Origin: Dehalococcoidia bacterium
GTDB lineage: Bacteria > Chloroflexota > Dehalococcoidia > Bin125
Reading direction: 5' to 3'
DNA: 64,000 bases
NCBI GenBank assembly: GCA_963663895.2
Contig: CAXXRD010000002.1
Location: 96,001-160,000 of the forward strand
Under the pieces are notes generated by a model, which saw only the letters and a program-made list of their open reading frames with translations, was not told the origin of the DNA and searched no databases. The position numbers and the translations under genes are program-made. Of this stretch, positions 38,971 to 49,687 are shown one piece after another (position 1 is the stretch's first letter; the number at the start of each line of letters is the position of its first letter).

Positions 38971-39744
38971 CTAGGTGGTGAGCAAGCCGCCGTCCACATT
39001 GATCGTTTGACCGGTGATGTAGCGACCGCTCTCGCTCGCGAGGAAAACAACGAGCGGCGCCACGTCTTCCGGGGTGCCGAGCCGCTGCAGCGGAATCTGC
39101 GCCCGCACGCGAGCAACGAGATCGTCCGGCAGGTCAGCGGTGATATCGGTCTCGATGAAGCCTGGGGCGATCAAGTTCGCCGTGATGTTGCGGCTGCCGA
39201 CCTCACGCGCGATCGAACGCGTGAATCCCCCCAGTCCCGCCTTGGCCGCCGCGTAGTTCGCTTGGCCGGGGTTGCCCATGGCAGCCACAACGGATCCGAT
39301 GTTGATGATGCGACCCCAGCGGTTCTTCATCATGCCGCGCAAGCAAGCACGGGTGGTGACGAACGCGCCGCGCAGATCGGTTGCGACAACCGTATCCCAG
39401 TCCTCGTCCTTCATCCGCATCAGCAGCGTGTCCCGCGTAATGCCCGCATTGTTGACCAAGATATCAGGCGGGCCGAGCGCCTCGGCGACCGCTTGGACCA
39501 TCGCGACGACGGCGGCGCCATCCGCGACATCGCAGGCGGCGACATGACAGCGGCGTCCAGCCGCGCGGACGCCAGCCGCCGTCTCTTCCGCTCCCTTCGC
39601 TTGCGACACATACGTGATGGCGACATCGGCGCCGTGGCGCGCGAGCGCGAGCGCGAGCGCCCGCCCGATCCCCCGAGAGCCACCCGTGACCAGGGCCACG
39701 CGACCATCAAGACTGCCATCATTGAGAGATGCGGCGTCAGCCAT
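38971..39744 (-). CDS. fabG: 3-oxoacyl-ACP reductase
   Basis: TGGSRGIG, NNAGITRD, NYAAAK. Confidence 0.95.
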   Translation of the reverse strand: MADAASLNDGSLDGRVALVTGGSRGIGRALALALARHGADVAITYVSQAKGAEETAAGVRAAGRRCHVAACDVADGAAVVAMVQAVAEALGPPDILVNNAGITRDTLLMRMKDEDWDTVVATDLRGAFVTTRACLRGMMKNRWGRIINIGSVVAAMGNPGQANYAAAKAGLGGFTRSIAREVGSRNITANLIAPGFIETDITADLPDDLVARVRAQIPLQRLGTPEDVAPLVVFLASESGRYITGQTINVDGGLLTT

Positions 39745-39776
39745 GGAAGGGTCGCTCTACGCCGGGCGGAAAGGCC

Positions 39777-40439
39777 CTAAGCGGACTCACAAAGAACATG
39801 CTGCGAGAGATGCCCGCTAAGGGCGACGGTCTGCGCTTCGACTTCCAGCAGAACAACGTCTTCCGGGCCTCGCTCGGCCACACGGAACGGCACCCCGGGA
39901 CGTAGGTTCTTGTGGAAGCAGTAGCTGAGCAACTCGCTGTCGTCTTCGATCACGTCAGCGATGCGGCGGATCGTGCCGCTCCCCCCGATCGCCAACGTCG
40001 CGACCGGCGTCCAGGAGGCGTCGCCCCCCTCTGGGAAGTTGCCGGGAATCGGCCCGCCGTGCGGACAGGTCTCCGGCTCGCCCAGCAACTCCGAAATGCG
40101 GCTCTCGATGAGGTCGGTGATCCCGTGCTCCAACTGGTGCGCCTGCTCGTGCGCCTCCACCCAGCCCAGGTTCAGTACGTCGCAGAGGAAGCGCTCCGTC
40201 AGCCGGTGGCGCCGCACGATCGCATCCGCAGCCGTGCGGCCACTGGCGGTGAGTCTGATCCGGTGTCCCTCACCGATCTCCAGCAAATTGAGCCGCACCA
40301 TCCGCTCCACCGTCTGCGACACCGAGGCGGGCGAGACCTTCAGCCGTTCGGCCAGCCGCGCGCCGATCACCGGCTGACCCTCTTCAATCAAGGCAACGAT
40401 CGCCTGCAAATAGTCTTCGGTCGTGGGCGTTATGGTCAT
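39777..40439 (-). CDS. DtxR/MntR-family metal-dependent regulator with FeoA-like domain
   Basis: TEDYLQAI, RRHRLTERFL, AHEQAHQLEH, CPHGGPIP. Confidence 0.9.
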   Translation of the reverse strand: MTITPTTEDYLQAIVALIEEGQPVIGARLAERLKVSPASVSQTVERMVRLNLLEIGEGHRIRLTASGRTAADAIVRRHRLTERFLCDVLNLGWVEAHEQAHQLEHGITDLIESRISELLGEPETCPHGGPIPGNFPEGGDASWTPVATLAIGGSGTIRRIADVIEDDSELLSYCFHKNLRPGVPFRVAERGPEDVVLLEVEAQTVALSGHLSQHVLCESA

Positions 40440-40640
40440 TCCGTATGCAAGTCTAACACGGCCGTTCACCTGCACGACGCGCCCGATCCGTTCGATCAGG
40501 GCCACGCGGCTGCGCTCCCCGTCGCGTCGTCCGACAGCGCTCACAGATCGGCCGGTGTACCAAGATTGACAGACGCGCGCGCGAAGGGCTCCGTACGCTC
40601 GCGCGCATCACTCCTAGACTCCTGGAGGGGCAGTCCCGCC

Positions 40641-41495
40641 ATCGCACCGATACGAGTCACCGTACTTGGCAGCGGCGCCGCCTGTCCCCCCGCGGGAGAC
40701 GCCTGCGCTGGCTACCTAGTGGAGGCGGGCGACCAATGCATCCTGTTGGACTGCGGACACGGCGTGACCGCCGCCCTGCAGGGCCATCGCCCGGACGTGC
40801 CGCCCCAGCAGATCGGGCACGTCGTGATCAGCCACATGCACCCCGATCACTTCATCGACCTCTTGCCGCTCCGCTTCCGCCTCAGCCGCGAGATGGGCTG
40901 CGGCGACGAGCCCTGCCTCTCCGTACACCTTCCCCCCGGCGGCCGGCGCATCCTCGCCTCGATCCTTGATGCCGTCCGCTTCCCCCCCGACTTCTTCGAC
41001 GGCGTCTTCGAACTGCACGAGTACGACGCGTCCCAAGCGCTTGCGCTCGGGAGCGGCGCCGCGCAATTGCAAGCGTACTTTGCGCCGGGTCGACACTACG
41101 TACCGTCCTACGCCGTACGGATCGAAGGCGAAGGAGCGGTCGTCTACTCAGGCGACACAGCGCCTTGTGCGGCGGTTCGGGAGCTGGCGCGGGAGTCGCA
41201 GCTTTTCATCTGCGAGGCGACCCTCCATCAGCCCGAGCCGGGGCCGGAGTTCGGGCATTGCACGCCGGCCCAGGCCGCCCAGATGGCGGCCGAGGCTCGG
41301 GCGCAGCGGTTGCTCCTCAGCCATCTCTGGTTCGACAGCAGCGCCGAGAGGATCCGGCGCGAGGCGATGGATCACTTCACCGGCGAGATCACCGTGGCCC
41401 ACGGGGGACTGGAGATCGATCTGGGCCGTCCGACCGCGCCGCACACGGGCTCCGTTTCTCCCGAAACCTCCGTATCCCATATTTCTTTGCACTAA
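40641..41495 (+). CDS. MBL-fold metallo-hydrolase (RNase Z/phosphodiesterase-like); start uncertain
   Basis: VLGSG, LDCG, SHMHPDH, YSGDT, CEAT, LLSH. Confidence 0.85.
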   Translation: MAPIRVTVLGSGAACPPAGDACAGYLVEAGDQCILLDCGHGVTAALQGHRPDVPPQQIGHVVISHMHPDHFIDLLPLRFRLSREMGCGDEPCLSVHLPPGGRRILASILDAVRFPPDFFDGVFELHEYDASQALALGSGAAQLQAYFAPGRHYVPSYAVRIEGEGAVVYSGDTAPCAAVRELARESQLFICEATLHQPEPGPEFGHCTPAQAAQMAAEARAQRLLLSHLWFDSSAERIRREAMDHFTGEITVAHGGLEIDLGRPTAPHTGSVSPETSVSHISLH

Positions 41496-41560
41496 TTGGC
41501 AAAAAGTACGGAAACGCAGGATACTGGAGCCAGACAGAGGGGTTTGCTGAGGAAAAATCG

Positions 41561-42199
41561 ATGGCAGCCGACACGCGAAGCGCAATCTTAGCCCTTACCG
41601 TCGACCGCGGCGGCGCCTCGGTGGTAGACATTACCGAGGCGCTCGGGCTCGCCGACGCGACCGTGCGCCGACACTTGGACCGCTTGGTCACTGCGGGGTT
41701 GGTCACGCCCAGCGCCACCGTCCGCGGCGGCATCGGCCGTCCGTACCAGCTCTACCAAGCGACGGATGCGGGGGTACGTCAACAGCGCGATCACTCCGCC
41801 GGCCTCGCGGCCCGCATGCTCGACCAGCTCAAGCACGGCACCATCGATCTCGATGCCGTCGCCCAAGGGATCGGCCGCCGCATCGCCGCCGAGCACCGCA
41901 ACGACGTCCAGGGCGCGTCCCTCAAACGGCGCGTTTGCTCCACGGTCGAGGCCCTGCGTGCGGAGGGCATTCTCGATGCCTGGAGTGAAACCGAAGGCGG
42001 CTTCGTATTGGAGAACCACGCCTGCCCCTACCGCGAAGCAGCCGAAGCCAGTGACTGCGTCTGCGAGTCGGACCGCATCGCGATTCAAGAGCTGGTCGGC
42101 GTCGCCGTGGAGCAGGTGAGCAGTCTCGCGCACGGCGACGACACGTGCGAGTACCGAGTGTGCGCACCGGCCGCAGGAGGGAAGCGCAACCGTGCCTGA
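41561..42199 (+). CDS. sufR: SufR-like HTH regulator
   Basis: N-terminal HTH (TVRRHLDRL, GRP..LY), C-terminal NHACPY..C..C..CEY; directly upstream of sufC. Confidence 0.75.
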   Translation: MAADTRSAILALTVDRGGASVVDITEALGLADATVRRHLDRLVTAGLVTPSATVRGGIGRPYQLYQATDAGVRQQRDHSAGLAARMLDQLKHGTIDLDAVAQGIGRRIAAEHRNDVQGASLKRRVCSTVEALRAEGILDAWSETEGGFVLENHACPYREAAEASDCVCESDRIAIQELVGVAVEQVSSLAHGDDTCEYRVCAPAAGGKRNRA

Positions 42200-42956
42200 G
42201 CCGCTCCTCGCCATTGAGGACTTGCATATCGCCGTCGAGGACAAGCCGATCGTGCGCGGGCTGTCGTTGCTCATCCACGCGGGCGAAGTGCACGCGATCA
42301 TGGGCCCGAACGGCTCCGGCAAGAGCACGCTCGCCAACGCGCTCATGGGTCATCCTCGCTACACCATCACCAGCGGCAGCGTGCGCTACAAGGGCGAAGA
42401 GGTTATCCACTGGCCGCCCGACGAGCGGGCCCGTGCGGGCATGTTTCTCGCCTTCCAGTACCCCACGGACGTTCCCGGCGTTTCCATGATCAACTTCCTC
42501 CGCCGCGCGGCGAGTGCGCGCCGCGGGTCGGAAATTCCGGTAAGGGAGTTCCGCCAGCAGCTCGGCGCGGTGCTCGAGCAGCTGCATATCGACGAGCAGT
42601 TCGTGCGGCGCTACGTCAATGACGGCTTCTCCGGAGGCGAGAAGAAGCGTGCCGAGATCCTGCAACTCGGGCTGCTGCAGCCCGAGCTCGCCATCATGGA
42701 TGAAACCGATTCCGGCCTCGACATCGACGCCCTGCGGATCGTGGCGCAAGGGATCAACGCCACGCGCCGCGACTCCAACGCCACCCTCCTGATCACGCAT
42801 TACCAGCGCATGCTCAACTACGTCACTCCAGACTTCGTGCACGTGCTGGCCGCGGGGCGCATCGTCGTCTCTGGTGACGCGACCCTCGCCCATCGGCTCG
42901 AAGCCGAAGGGTACGACCCGATCCTCAGCGAAGCCACGGAAGGAGCGCCGGCCTAG
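42192..42956 (+). CDS. sufC: Fe-S assembly ATPase SufC
   Basis: [29 protein letters not shown]. Confidence 0.96.
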   Translation: MPEPLLAIEDLHIAVEDKPIVRGLSLLIHAGEVHAIMGPNGSGKSTLANALMGHPRYTITSGSVRYKGEEVIHWPPDERARAGMFLAFQYPTDVPGVSMINFLRRAASARRGSEIPVREFRQQLGAVLEQLHIDEQFVRRYVNDGFSGGEKKRAEILQLGLLQPELAIMDETDSGLDIDALRIVAQGINATRRDSNATLLITHYQRMLNYVTPDFVHVLAAGRIVVSGDATLAHRLEAEGYDPILSEATEGAPA

Positions 42957-44383
42957 TGCCTGCAGCCATCAAGCCCGACGTCCAGAAGCCCGACATCAAA
43001 AAGGAAGCCTACGAGTACGGCTTCCACGACAAGGCCGCCGCCGCCGTCAAGCTGCCCAAAGGCCTCAACCCGGATGTCGTCAATACGATCTCCGACCTCA
43101 AGAGCGAGCCAGCGTGGATGCGCGAACTGCGCTTGCGGGCGCTCCAATACTTCGAACAGCGGCCGATGCCGGAGTGGGGCGGCGACGTCGGCGCGATCGA
43201 CTTCAACGACATCCACTACTTCGTCCGCGCGAGTGATGAGCGTGACGAGGAGAATTGGGACGACGTCCCCGAGTACATCAAGAACACCTACGACAAGCTC
43301 GGCATTCCCGAAGCGGAGAAAAAAGGGCTGTTGGCCGGGGTCGGGGCACAGTACGACTCCGAGGTCGTCTATCACAACATCCGCAAGGACCTCGAAGCGA
43401 AGGGCGTCGTCTTTCTCAGTACCGACCAGGCGCTGCAGGACCATGAAGACTTGGTGCGGGAGCACTTCTCGACCATCATCCCCCCCAACGACAACAAGTT
43501 CGCGGCGCTCAATACGGCGGTCTGGTCCGGCGGCTCGTTCATCTGGGTTCCCGAAGGGGTCAAGGTGGACATTCCCCTCCAGGCCTACTTCCGCATCAAC
43601 TCGGAAGACATGGGGCAGTTCGAGCGCACGCTGATCATCGCGGAGCCCGGCGCCGAGGTGCACTACGTGGAGGGCTGCACAGCGCCGATCTACTCCAGCG
43701 ACTCCCTGCACAGCGCCGTCGTGGAGATCATCGCCAAGAAAGGCGCCAACGTCCGCTACACGACCATCCAGAACTGGTCGAACAACGTCTACAACCTCGT
43801 GACCAAGCGCGCGGCCGCCTACGAAGGCGCCGTCATGACCTGGATCGACGGCAACCTCGGCAGCAAGCTCACCATGAAGTACCCGGCCGTCTACCTCATG
43901 GAGCCAGGGGCGCACGGCGAGGTGCTCTCGGTCGCCTTCGCCGGACAGGGGCAGCACCAAGACGCCGGCGCCAAGATGGTGCACGGCGCCCCCCACACCA
44001 GCTCGATCATCACCAGCAAGAGCCTTGCGATCGACGGCGGCCGTACCTCTTACCGCGGTCTGGTGAAGGTCTACGAGGGGGCAGCGGGCTGCCGCTCCAA
44101 CGTACGCTGCGACGCGCTGATGCTTGACGATCAGTCCCGCTCCGACACCTACCCGTACATGGAGATCGATGAAAACCGCGTCGACATCGGCCACGAGGCG
44201 ACCGTCTCCAAAGTCGGCGAGGAAAAGCTCTTCTATCTGATGTCGCGCGGCCTGACCGAGAGCGAGGCAACAAAGATGATCGTGAACGGATTCGTCGAGC
44301 CGATCATCAAAGAGCTGCCCATGGAGTACGCCGTGGAGCTCAACCGCCTCGTCGAATTGCAGATGGACGGCGCCATCGGCTAA
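42956..44383 (+). CDS. sufB: Fe-S assembly protein SufB
   Basis: [31 protein letters not shown]. Confidence 0.96.
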   Translation: MPAAIKPDVQKPDIKKEAYEYGFHDKAAAAVKLPKGLNPDVVNTISDLKSEPAWMRELRLRALQYFEQRPMPEWGGDVGAIDFNDIHYFVRASDERDEENWDDVPEYIKNTYDKLGIPEAEKKGLLAGVGAQYDSEVVYHNIRKDLEAKGVVFLSTDQALQDHEDLVREHFSTIIPPNDNKFAALNTAVWSGGSFIWVPEGVKVDIPLQAYFRINSEDMGQFERTLIIAEPGAEVHYVEGCTAPIYSSDSLHSAVVEIIAKKGANVRYTTIQNWSNNVYNLVTKRAAAYEGAVMTWIDGNLGSKLTMKYPAVYLMEPGAHGEVLSVAFAGQGQHQDAGAKMVHGAPHTSSIITSKSLAIDGGRTSYRGLVKVYEGAAGCRSNVRCDALMLDDQSRSDTYPYMEIDENRVDIGHEATVSKVGEEKLFYLMSRGLTESEATKMIVNGFVEPIIKELPMEYAVELNRLVELQMDGAIG

Positions 44384-44419
44384 CGCCACCCGGGCCACAG
44401 GCAGAGCGCAGGAGCAGGT

Positions 44420-45766
44420 GTGGTACACGCCCCCGCCCTCGATCAGAGGCTGACCATCGTGCCCAGCAGGGACGCGGTGGAAACGCTGGCTGCGTCGCTG
44501 GACGAGCCTGCCTGGCTGCGCGACCACCGTCTCAGCGCGCTCGCCACCTTCGAATCGCTCAGCTGGCCCTCCGCCGAGGAAGAGGAGTGGCGGCGCACAC
44601 CAATGGACGGCGTCCCGCTGGAGGGCTGGGCACTTCCCCACGAGGAGGATACCGATCTGCCCGCTGCCCTCGCTCCGCTCGGCGGCGACGACGCCGGTCT
44701 CCTGAGCCACAGCAACGGCTCCACCACCGAGCAAGCGCTCGACGAAGCGCTGGCGGCACAAGGGGTCCTGCTACTACCGCTCTCACAGGCGGCGCGCGAG
44801 TACGAAGCGCTCGTGCGCGCACACCTCAACACCGTGACCCCCGTCGGCTACGACCGCTTCACCGCGCTGAGCGCAGCCCTCTGGAGCCAAGGGCTGTTCT
44901 GCTACCTCCCGCGCGGCCTCACCGTCGAGCGACCACTGCTGCACTACCTCGGTAAGCGCGCCGGCGCCTCCGCGCTGGGGCACACGCTGGTCGTCGCGGA
45001 AGCGGGAAGCACGGCGACCCTCATCGAGAGCTGCGCCTCCGACGGCACCTCGACGAGCGCCCCGTCGCTGACCCATCACACGATCGAACTCGCGCTGGAC
45101 GCCGCCACGCGAGTGCAACTCGCGCGGATCCAGCACTGGGATCCCACCACCAACGCCTTCCTTACGGCGTGCGCCCGCCTGGGCCGCGACGCCAATCTGC
45201 TGCTCGCCAGCGTTGACTTCGGCGCGCGACTCTCGAAGGAGCGGCTGGAGATCGACCTCAGCGGATCGGGCAGCCACGCCGACCTCCTCGGCCTCTTCGT
45301 CGGCCGCGACGCCCAGCATATTGAGCACAACACGCGCCAGAACCACAGCGGCGTCGGCGGCAGCAGCGACCTGTTGATCAAGGGCGCACTCGACGACCAA
45401 GCCGCCGCCGTGCAGTACGGCGTGGTCAAGATCCTGGCCGAGGGCCAAAAAACCGCCGGTTTTCAGACGATGCGCAACCTCCTGCTGAGTGAGGGAGCGA
45501 GCGCGGATCCGATCCCCGTGCTGGAGATCGAAGCGGACGATGTGCAGTGCTCGCATGCAGCGGCCGTTGGGCCGGTAGACCCGGATCACATCTTCTACCT
45601 GCAATCGCGCGGAATCCCGCCGGAGCCCGCCGAGCGCATGGTGGTGCAGGGCTTCCTCGAGATCGTGGCACAACGGCTCCCCGGCCAGCACCTGCGGGAG
45701 GCGGTCGCCCACCTGATCGAGGCCAAGCTGGACACGCCCAGGACAAGGGAAGGGACAGAGCCATGA
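44420..45766 (+). CDS. sufD: Fe-S assembly protein SufD
   Basis: EEWRRT, LEIEADDVQCSHAA, FYLQSRGI. Confidence 0.92.
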   Translation: MVHAPALDQRLTIVPSRDAVETLAASLDEPAWLRDHRLSALATFESLSWPSAEEEEWRRTPMDGVPLEGWALPHEEDTDLPAALAPLGGDDAGLLSHSNGSTTEQALDEALAAQGVLLLPLSQAAREYEALVRAHLNTVTPVGYDRFTALSAALWSQGLFCYLPRGLTVERPLLHYLGKRAGASALGHTLVVAEAGSTATLIESCASDGTSTSAPSLTHHTIELALDAATRVQLARIQHWDPTTNAFLTACARLGRDANLLLASVDFGARLSKERLEIDLSGSGSHADLLGLFVGRDAQHIEHNTRQNHSGVGGSSDLLIKGALDDQAAAVQYGVVKILAEGQKTAGFQTMRNLLLSEGASADPIPVLEIEADDVQCSHAAAVGPVDPDHIFYLQSRGIPPEPAERMVVQGFLEIVAQRLPGQHLREAVAHLIEAKLDTPRTREGTEP

Positions 45767-46086
45767 GCCGCTTCGTCACCGTCGCGCAGGCGGAGGCCGT
45801 CCCGGAAAACCGCGCCGTGATCGTCGAGGTGGGGGGGCGCAGCATTGCGCTGTGCCGCATCGCCAACGACGCGATCTACGCCATCGACAACGTCTGCACG
45901 CACGACAACGGCCCGCTTGGTGAGGGCGTCCTCCGCGGCGACCGAATCGAGTGTCCCCGCCACGGCGCGCTCTTCGATGTGCGCAGTGGCGCCGCGAAAA
46001 CGCTGCCGGCCATCAAGCCAGTTCGGAGCTACCGCACGCGCGTCGCCGACGGGGAGGTTCAAGTCGACCTGGAAAGCGCGGAATGA
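45763..46086 (+). CDS. Rieske-type ferredoxin
   Basis: CTH..CPRH. Confidence 0.92.
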   Translation: MSRFVTVAQAEAVPENRAVIVEVGGRSIALCRIANDAIYAIDNVCTHDNGPLGEGVLRGDRIECPRHGALFDVRSGAAKTLPAIKPVRSYRTRVADGEVQVDLESAE

Positions 46087-47333
46087 TCGCCAGACCCACC
46101 CTCGACCTGGAAGCGATCCGTGCCGACTTCCCCATTCTCAAACGGACGGTCAACGGGCACCCTTTGGTCTACTTCGACAACGCCGCGACAACGCAGAAGC
46201 CGCAGGCGGTGATCGACGCGCTGAGCAACTACTACCAGTCCACGAACGCCAACATCCACCGCGGCCTCCACACGCTGGCCGAGGAAGCGACCGCCGCCTA
46301 TGAAGGCGTCCGCCACAAAGTCGGCGCACTGATTAACGCACCGGACCCACGCAGCGTGATCTTCACCCGCAACACCACGGAGTCCTTGAACCTGCTTGCC
46401 TACAGCTGGACGCAACGACTCCAGCCCGGCGACGAGATCCTCCTCACGATGATGGAGCACCACTCGAACCTCGTGCCGTGGCAGCTCCTGGCACAGCGAA
46501 GCGGCGCCCGTCTCGTTTTTCTGGACGTCAACGAGGCCGGGGAGCTCGATCTGGCGCAAGCCAAAGAGCGGATCGGGCCGCGGACCAAAGTCGTCGCCGT
46601 CGTACAGATGTCGAACGTACTCGGCACGATCAACCCCATCGCCGACCTGGCCCAGCTGGCGCACAGGGCCGGAGCCGTGTTCATCGTCGACGGCGCGCAG
46701 AGTGTGCCCCACCTGCCAGTCGACGTGCAGGCCTTAGACATCGACTTCCTCGCCTTCTCGTCGCACAAGATGCTCGGCCCAACCGGCGTCGGCGTGCTCT
46801 ACGGCCGACGCGAGCTGTTGGAGGAAATGGGGCCGTTCCTCAGCGGCGGCGAGATGATCAGCCTCGTGACGCCCGAGAGCTCGACCTGGGCCGCGCTGCC
46901 CCACAAATTCGAGGCGGGCACCCCCAACATTGCGGACGTGATCGCCTTCGGAGCGGCGCTTGATTATCTGCAGACGATCGGGCTCGGGGCGCTGCGCGCT
47001 CACGCGGTGGAGCTGACCGCGTACGCGATGGCACGGATGCAAGCGCTTGAGGGACTCACGATCTACGGCCCTTCCGTACCCGAGCACCGCGGCAGCGTCG
47101 TGTCGTTCAACTACTGGGACATTCACGCGCACGACATCAGCACCATCGTCGACCAGCGAGGCGTCGCCCTCCGCGCCGGCCATCATTGTGCACAGCCGCT
47201 CATGCGCACGCTCGGCGTGCCCGCAACGGCGCGCGTGAGCTTCTACCTCTACAACACGCCCGGCGAAGTCGATCTCTTTATCGACGCGCTCCAAGAGGCC
47301 GCTGTGGTCTTCGGCCACCGGGATGGCGCGTGA
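46083..47333 (+). CDS. sufS: Cysteine desulfurase SufS
   Basis: DNAATTQKP, SSHKMLGP, RAGHHCAQP. Confidence 0.96.
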   Translation: MIARPTLDLEAIRADFPILKRTVNGHPLVYFDNAATTQKPQAVIDALSNYYQSTNANIHRGLHTLAEEATAAYEGVRHKVGALINAPDPRSVIFTRNTTESLNLLAYSWTQRLQPGDEILLTMMEHHSNLVPWQLLAQRSGARLVFLDVNEAGELDLAQAKERIGPRTKVVAVVQMSNVLGTINPIADLAQLAHRAGAVFIVDGAQSVPHLPVDVQALDIDFLAFSSHKMLGPTGVGVLYGRRELLEEMGPFLSGGEMISLVTPESSTWAALPHKFEAGTPNIADVIAFGAALDYLQTIGLGALRAHAVELTAYAMARMQALEGLTIYGPSVPEHRGSVVSFNYWDIHAHDISTIVDQRGVALRAGHHCAQPLMRTLGVPATARVSFYLYNTPGEVDLFIDALQEAAVVFGHRDGA

Positions 47334-47854
47334 TGGCCAATCGCGAGGGAGCGCATCCCGTCCACTTCGACGAGCTCTACCGCGAGCTGATCTTGGATCA
47401 TTACCGCAGTCCCAGGAACCAAGGCGATCTCGCGAAGGCCACAGCCGCGGCGGAGGGGATGAACCCCAGTTGTGGTGATGAACTCCGCCTCGGAGTCGTG
47501 ATCGCGGACGATACCGTGCAAGACGTCCGCTTCGTGGGGCAGGGCTGCTCCATTAGCCAGGCGTCGAGCTCGATGATGACTGAGCAGATCCGCGGACGCT
47601 CGCTGGACGCCGTGGGCGCCATCGCAGACAAGATCCAGCGAATGCTCACCGTCGACGGCTTCGATGTCGACGCGGATGCAGTCGAGATCGGAGACCTGGA
47701 GGCCCTGCAGGGCGTCGCCCGCTTCCCCGTCCGCGTCAAGTGCGCATTACTCGCATGGAAGGTGCTGGCGAAAGCCCTGGCAGCAGCGACGGGCAGAGAA
47801 GTTGCGGACGATACGGAGATCCAGACGCGCGCCATCCAGCCTGTGAAGCACTAG
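47333..47854 (+). CDS. sufU: SufU scaffold/sulfur-transfer protein
   Basis: LYRELILDHY, NPSCGD, GCSISQAS, RVKCALL. Confidence 0.94.
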   Translation: MANREGAHPVHFDELYRELILDHYRSPRNQGDLAKATAAAEGMNPSCGDELRLGVVIADDTVQDVRFVGQGCSISQASSSMMTEQIRGRSLDAVGAIADKIQRMLTVDGFDVDADAVEIGDLEALQGVARFPVRVKCALLAWKVLAKALAAATGREVADDTEIQTRAIQPVKH

Positions 47855-47866
47855 AGGGAGCATACG

Positions 47867-48190
47867 ATGAGCGAAGCCGGCGCGACGGCGCTCGACGAAA
47901 TTCACAGCGTCCTGAAAACTGTCTTCGACCCGGAGATCGGCATCAACATCGTCGATCTCGGGCTCGTTTACGACATCAAGCTGGAGGACGCGGGCAAGAC
48001 CGCCGTCATCGCCTACACGCTGACGACGCCCGCCTGCCCCGTGGGACCGATGCTCCAAGCGCAGATGGAGCAGGTCGTGGGAACGGTCGAGGGGATCGAC
48101 GCCGTCAAGCTCGATTTGGTTTTCTCGCCGCCTTGGGACCCGCGCGAGATGGCCAGCGACGAAGCCAAATTCGAACTCGGTATCTTCTAG
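47867..48190 (+). CDS. sufT: SufT/DUF59 metal-sulfur cluster protein
   Basis: DPEIGINIVDLGLVY, TLTTPACP, PPW. Confidence 0.9.
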   Translation: MSEAGATALDEIHSVLKTVFDPEIGINIVDLGLVYDIKLEDAGKTAVIAYTLTTPACPVGPMLQAQMEQVVGTVEGIDAVKLDLVFSPPWDPREMASDEAKFELGIF

Positions 48191-48383
48191 AGCCGCCAGG
48201 GAAGGCCGCCACGCCGGCAAGCCAGGCGACCGGCCAAGTCGGCCGGAGGGGACCTCGCGGGCCGCGCCGGCCGGCGAGCGCTGGCGTGCCTATGCGTCCT
48301 CGCGAGTCCCCCATCGCAACAGCGAGCCCGGGAAGAGAACGCGATCGGAGAGAGACTTTGGCCAGCAGACGCGGCCACGGTCC

Positions 48384-49550
48384 TCAGCGCCAGAACGCGA
48401 CGTTCACCGGGCTGATCCCAAAAGGCAACGACGGGACCCGATGGATCTCCCGTGCGACCCCTTCAAGCGTCTCGATTCCATAGCCGTAAGCGGGCTGACG
48501 GTCGCTCAGAATAGCGACGGCGTAGCGCCCGCGACCGTCCTGATCGGTGACGACGGCGGCGCTGTGCACGATCCACTCCATCGAGTCCGAGTCGCCCCAC
48601 CAGCCGTTCTTGAAGGCAAGCCGATCGTCCCTATCGCCGTGGTTGGAGAAGCCCGCGCTCACGCCCCAGCGCTGCGCCTCACTGATGTCCTCCAGCAAGG
48701 CGAGCGCATGCCTGCGCGACGCTTCGCTGAGCACGCGCCCGGCGCCCACTTCAGCAAAAAGCAGCGCCACGTCCAGCGCGGTCGCGGTCATACCACCCCA
48801 ATCCCCCTCAACGAGCCTGATGCGCGGTTCTCCCAGCCCGATCCGGTTCAGCATCCCTCCGACACCGCTCACCCGTCCCGAGCGCACCCAGATCGCCGTG
48901 GTCGCGTCGCCGTCACTGAGGGTGATCATGTCGTGGAGCAGCTGCTGTTCGGACGGGGTTATCTCAAGGCGCTCCAGGTGTGCGTGCTCCAGGAAAGTGA
49001 CGAGGATCGCAACTTTGCCGACGCTGGCCAACTCGTAGCGATCTGCGCGGCCGTAGGTGTACGCGGCGCCGTCGTTCAGATCGATCACTGCTACGCTCAC
49101 CCGCCCCTCGCGAGTCGCCAGGAAATCGGCGGCTCGCGGCGCCAGCGTCGCGAGCGGCTGCTCAATCGCGATACGATCCGCGATCAGGACCGCGTCGACC
49201 GCGGCAGGAGTGGGGGCGGGGGCGAATTCCACGGCCTGGCCCAGCGGCAGGCTGGGCGAGTCGGCACCGGCCACGACCGGCGGACTGACGGCGGCATCGT
49301 TCGCCGTCTCGGGGCCAGTCGCCGCGCGAGATGGTTCGCGCTCCTCACTCGCAGGCGGCTCCACAGCAAGGACGGAGAAGGACACGGGAACGGCGGCGGC
49401 GTCTGCTCCGGCGACTACCGCCGCTCGCGCCAGCCCGTCCGAATCAGCCGTGGCAAGCGCGGCGACCACCAACCCCGCAGTCAGGCCCAACAAGGCGGCG
49501 CTGACGGGCAGCAGCCTGCTGGCGCGCCGCCAGCGGCGCGAGCGCGCCAT
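48384..49550 (-). CDS. Membrane-anchored class A beta-lactamase-like serine hydrolase
   Basis: N-terminal TM, Pro/Ala linker, ASVGK (SxxK), SDG, KNGW; start uncertain. Confidence 0.75.
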   Translation of the reverse strand: MARSRRWRRASRLLPVSAALLGLTAGLVVAALATADSDGLARAAVVAGADAAAVPVSFSVLAVEPPASEEREPSRAATGPETANDAAVSPPVVAGADSPSLPLGQAVEFAPAPTPAAVDAVLIADRIAIEQPLATLAPRAADFLATREGRVSVAVIDLNDGAAYTYGRADRYELASVGKVAILVTFLEHAHLERLEITPSEQQLLHDMITLSDGDATTAIWVRSGRVSGVGGMLNRIGLGEPRIRLVEGDWGGMTATALDVALLFAEVGAGRVLSEASRRHALALLEDISEAQRWGVSAGFSNHGDRDDRLAFKNGWWGDSDSMEWIVHSAAVVTDQDGRGRYAVAILSDRQPAYGYGIETLEGVAREIHRVPSLPFGISPVNVAFWR

Positions 49551-49687
49551 CCTGCGCGCCCGAAGACTCAGCCCACTGGAGGACGGCCAACCGCGATCCG
49601 TCACATACAGGCTCACGCCCCACCACCGGGACGGCGCTGCGACGGGCCAGCCCCTCATCCGCCGCGATCATCGCCCGTTTGAACCGG

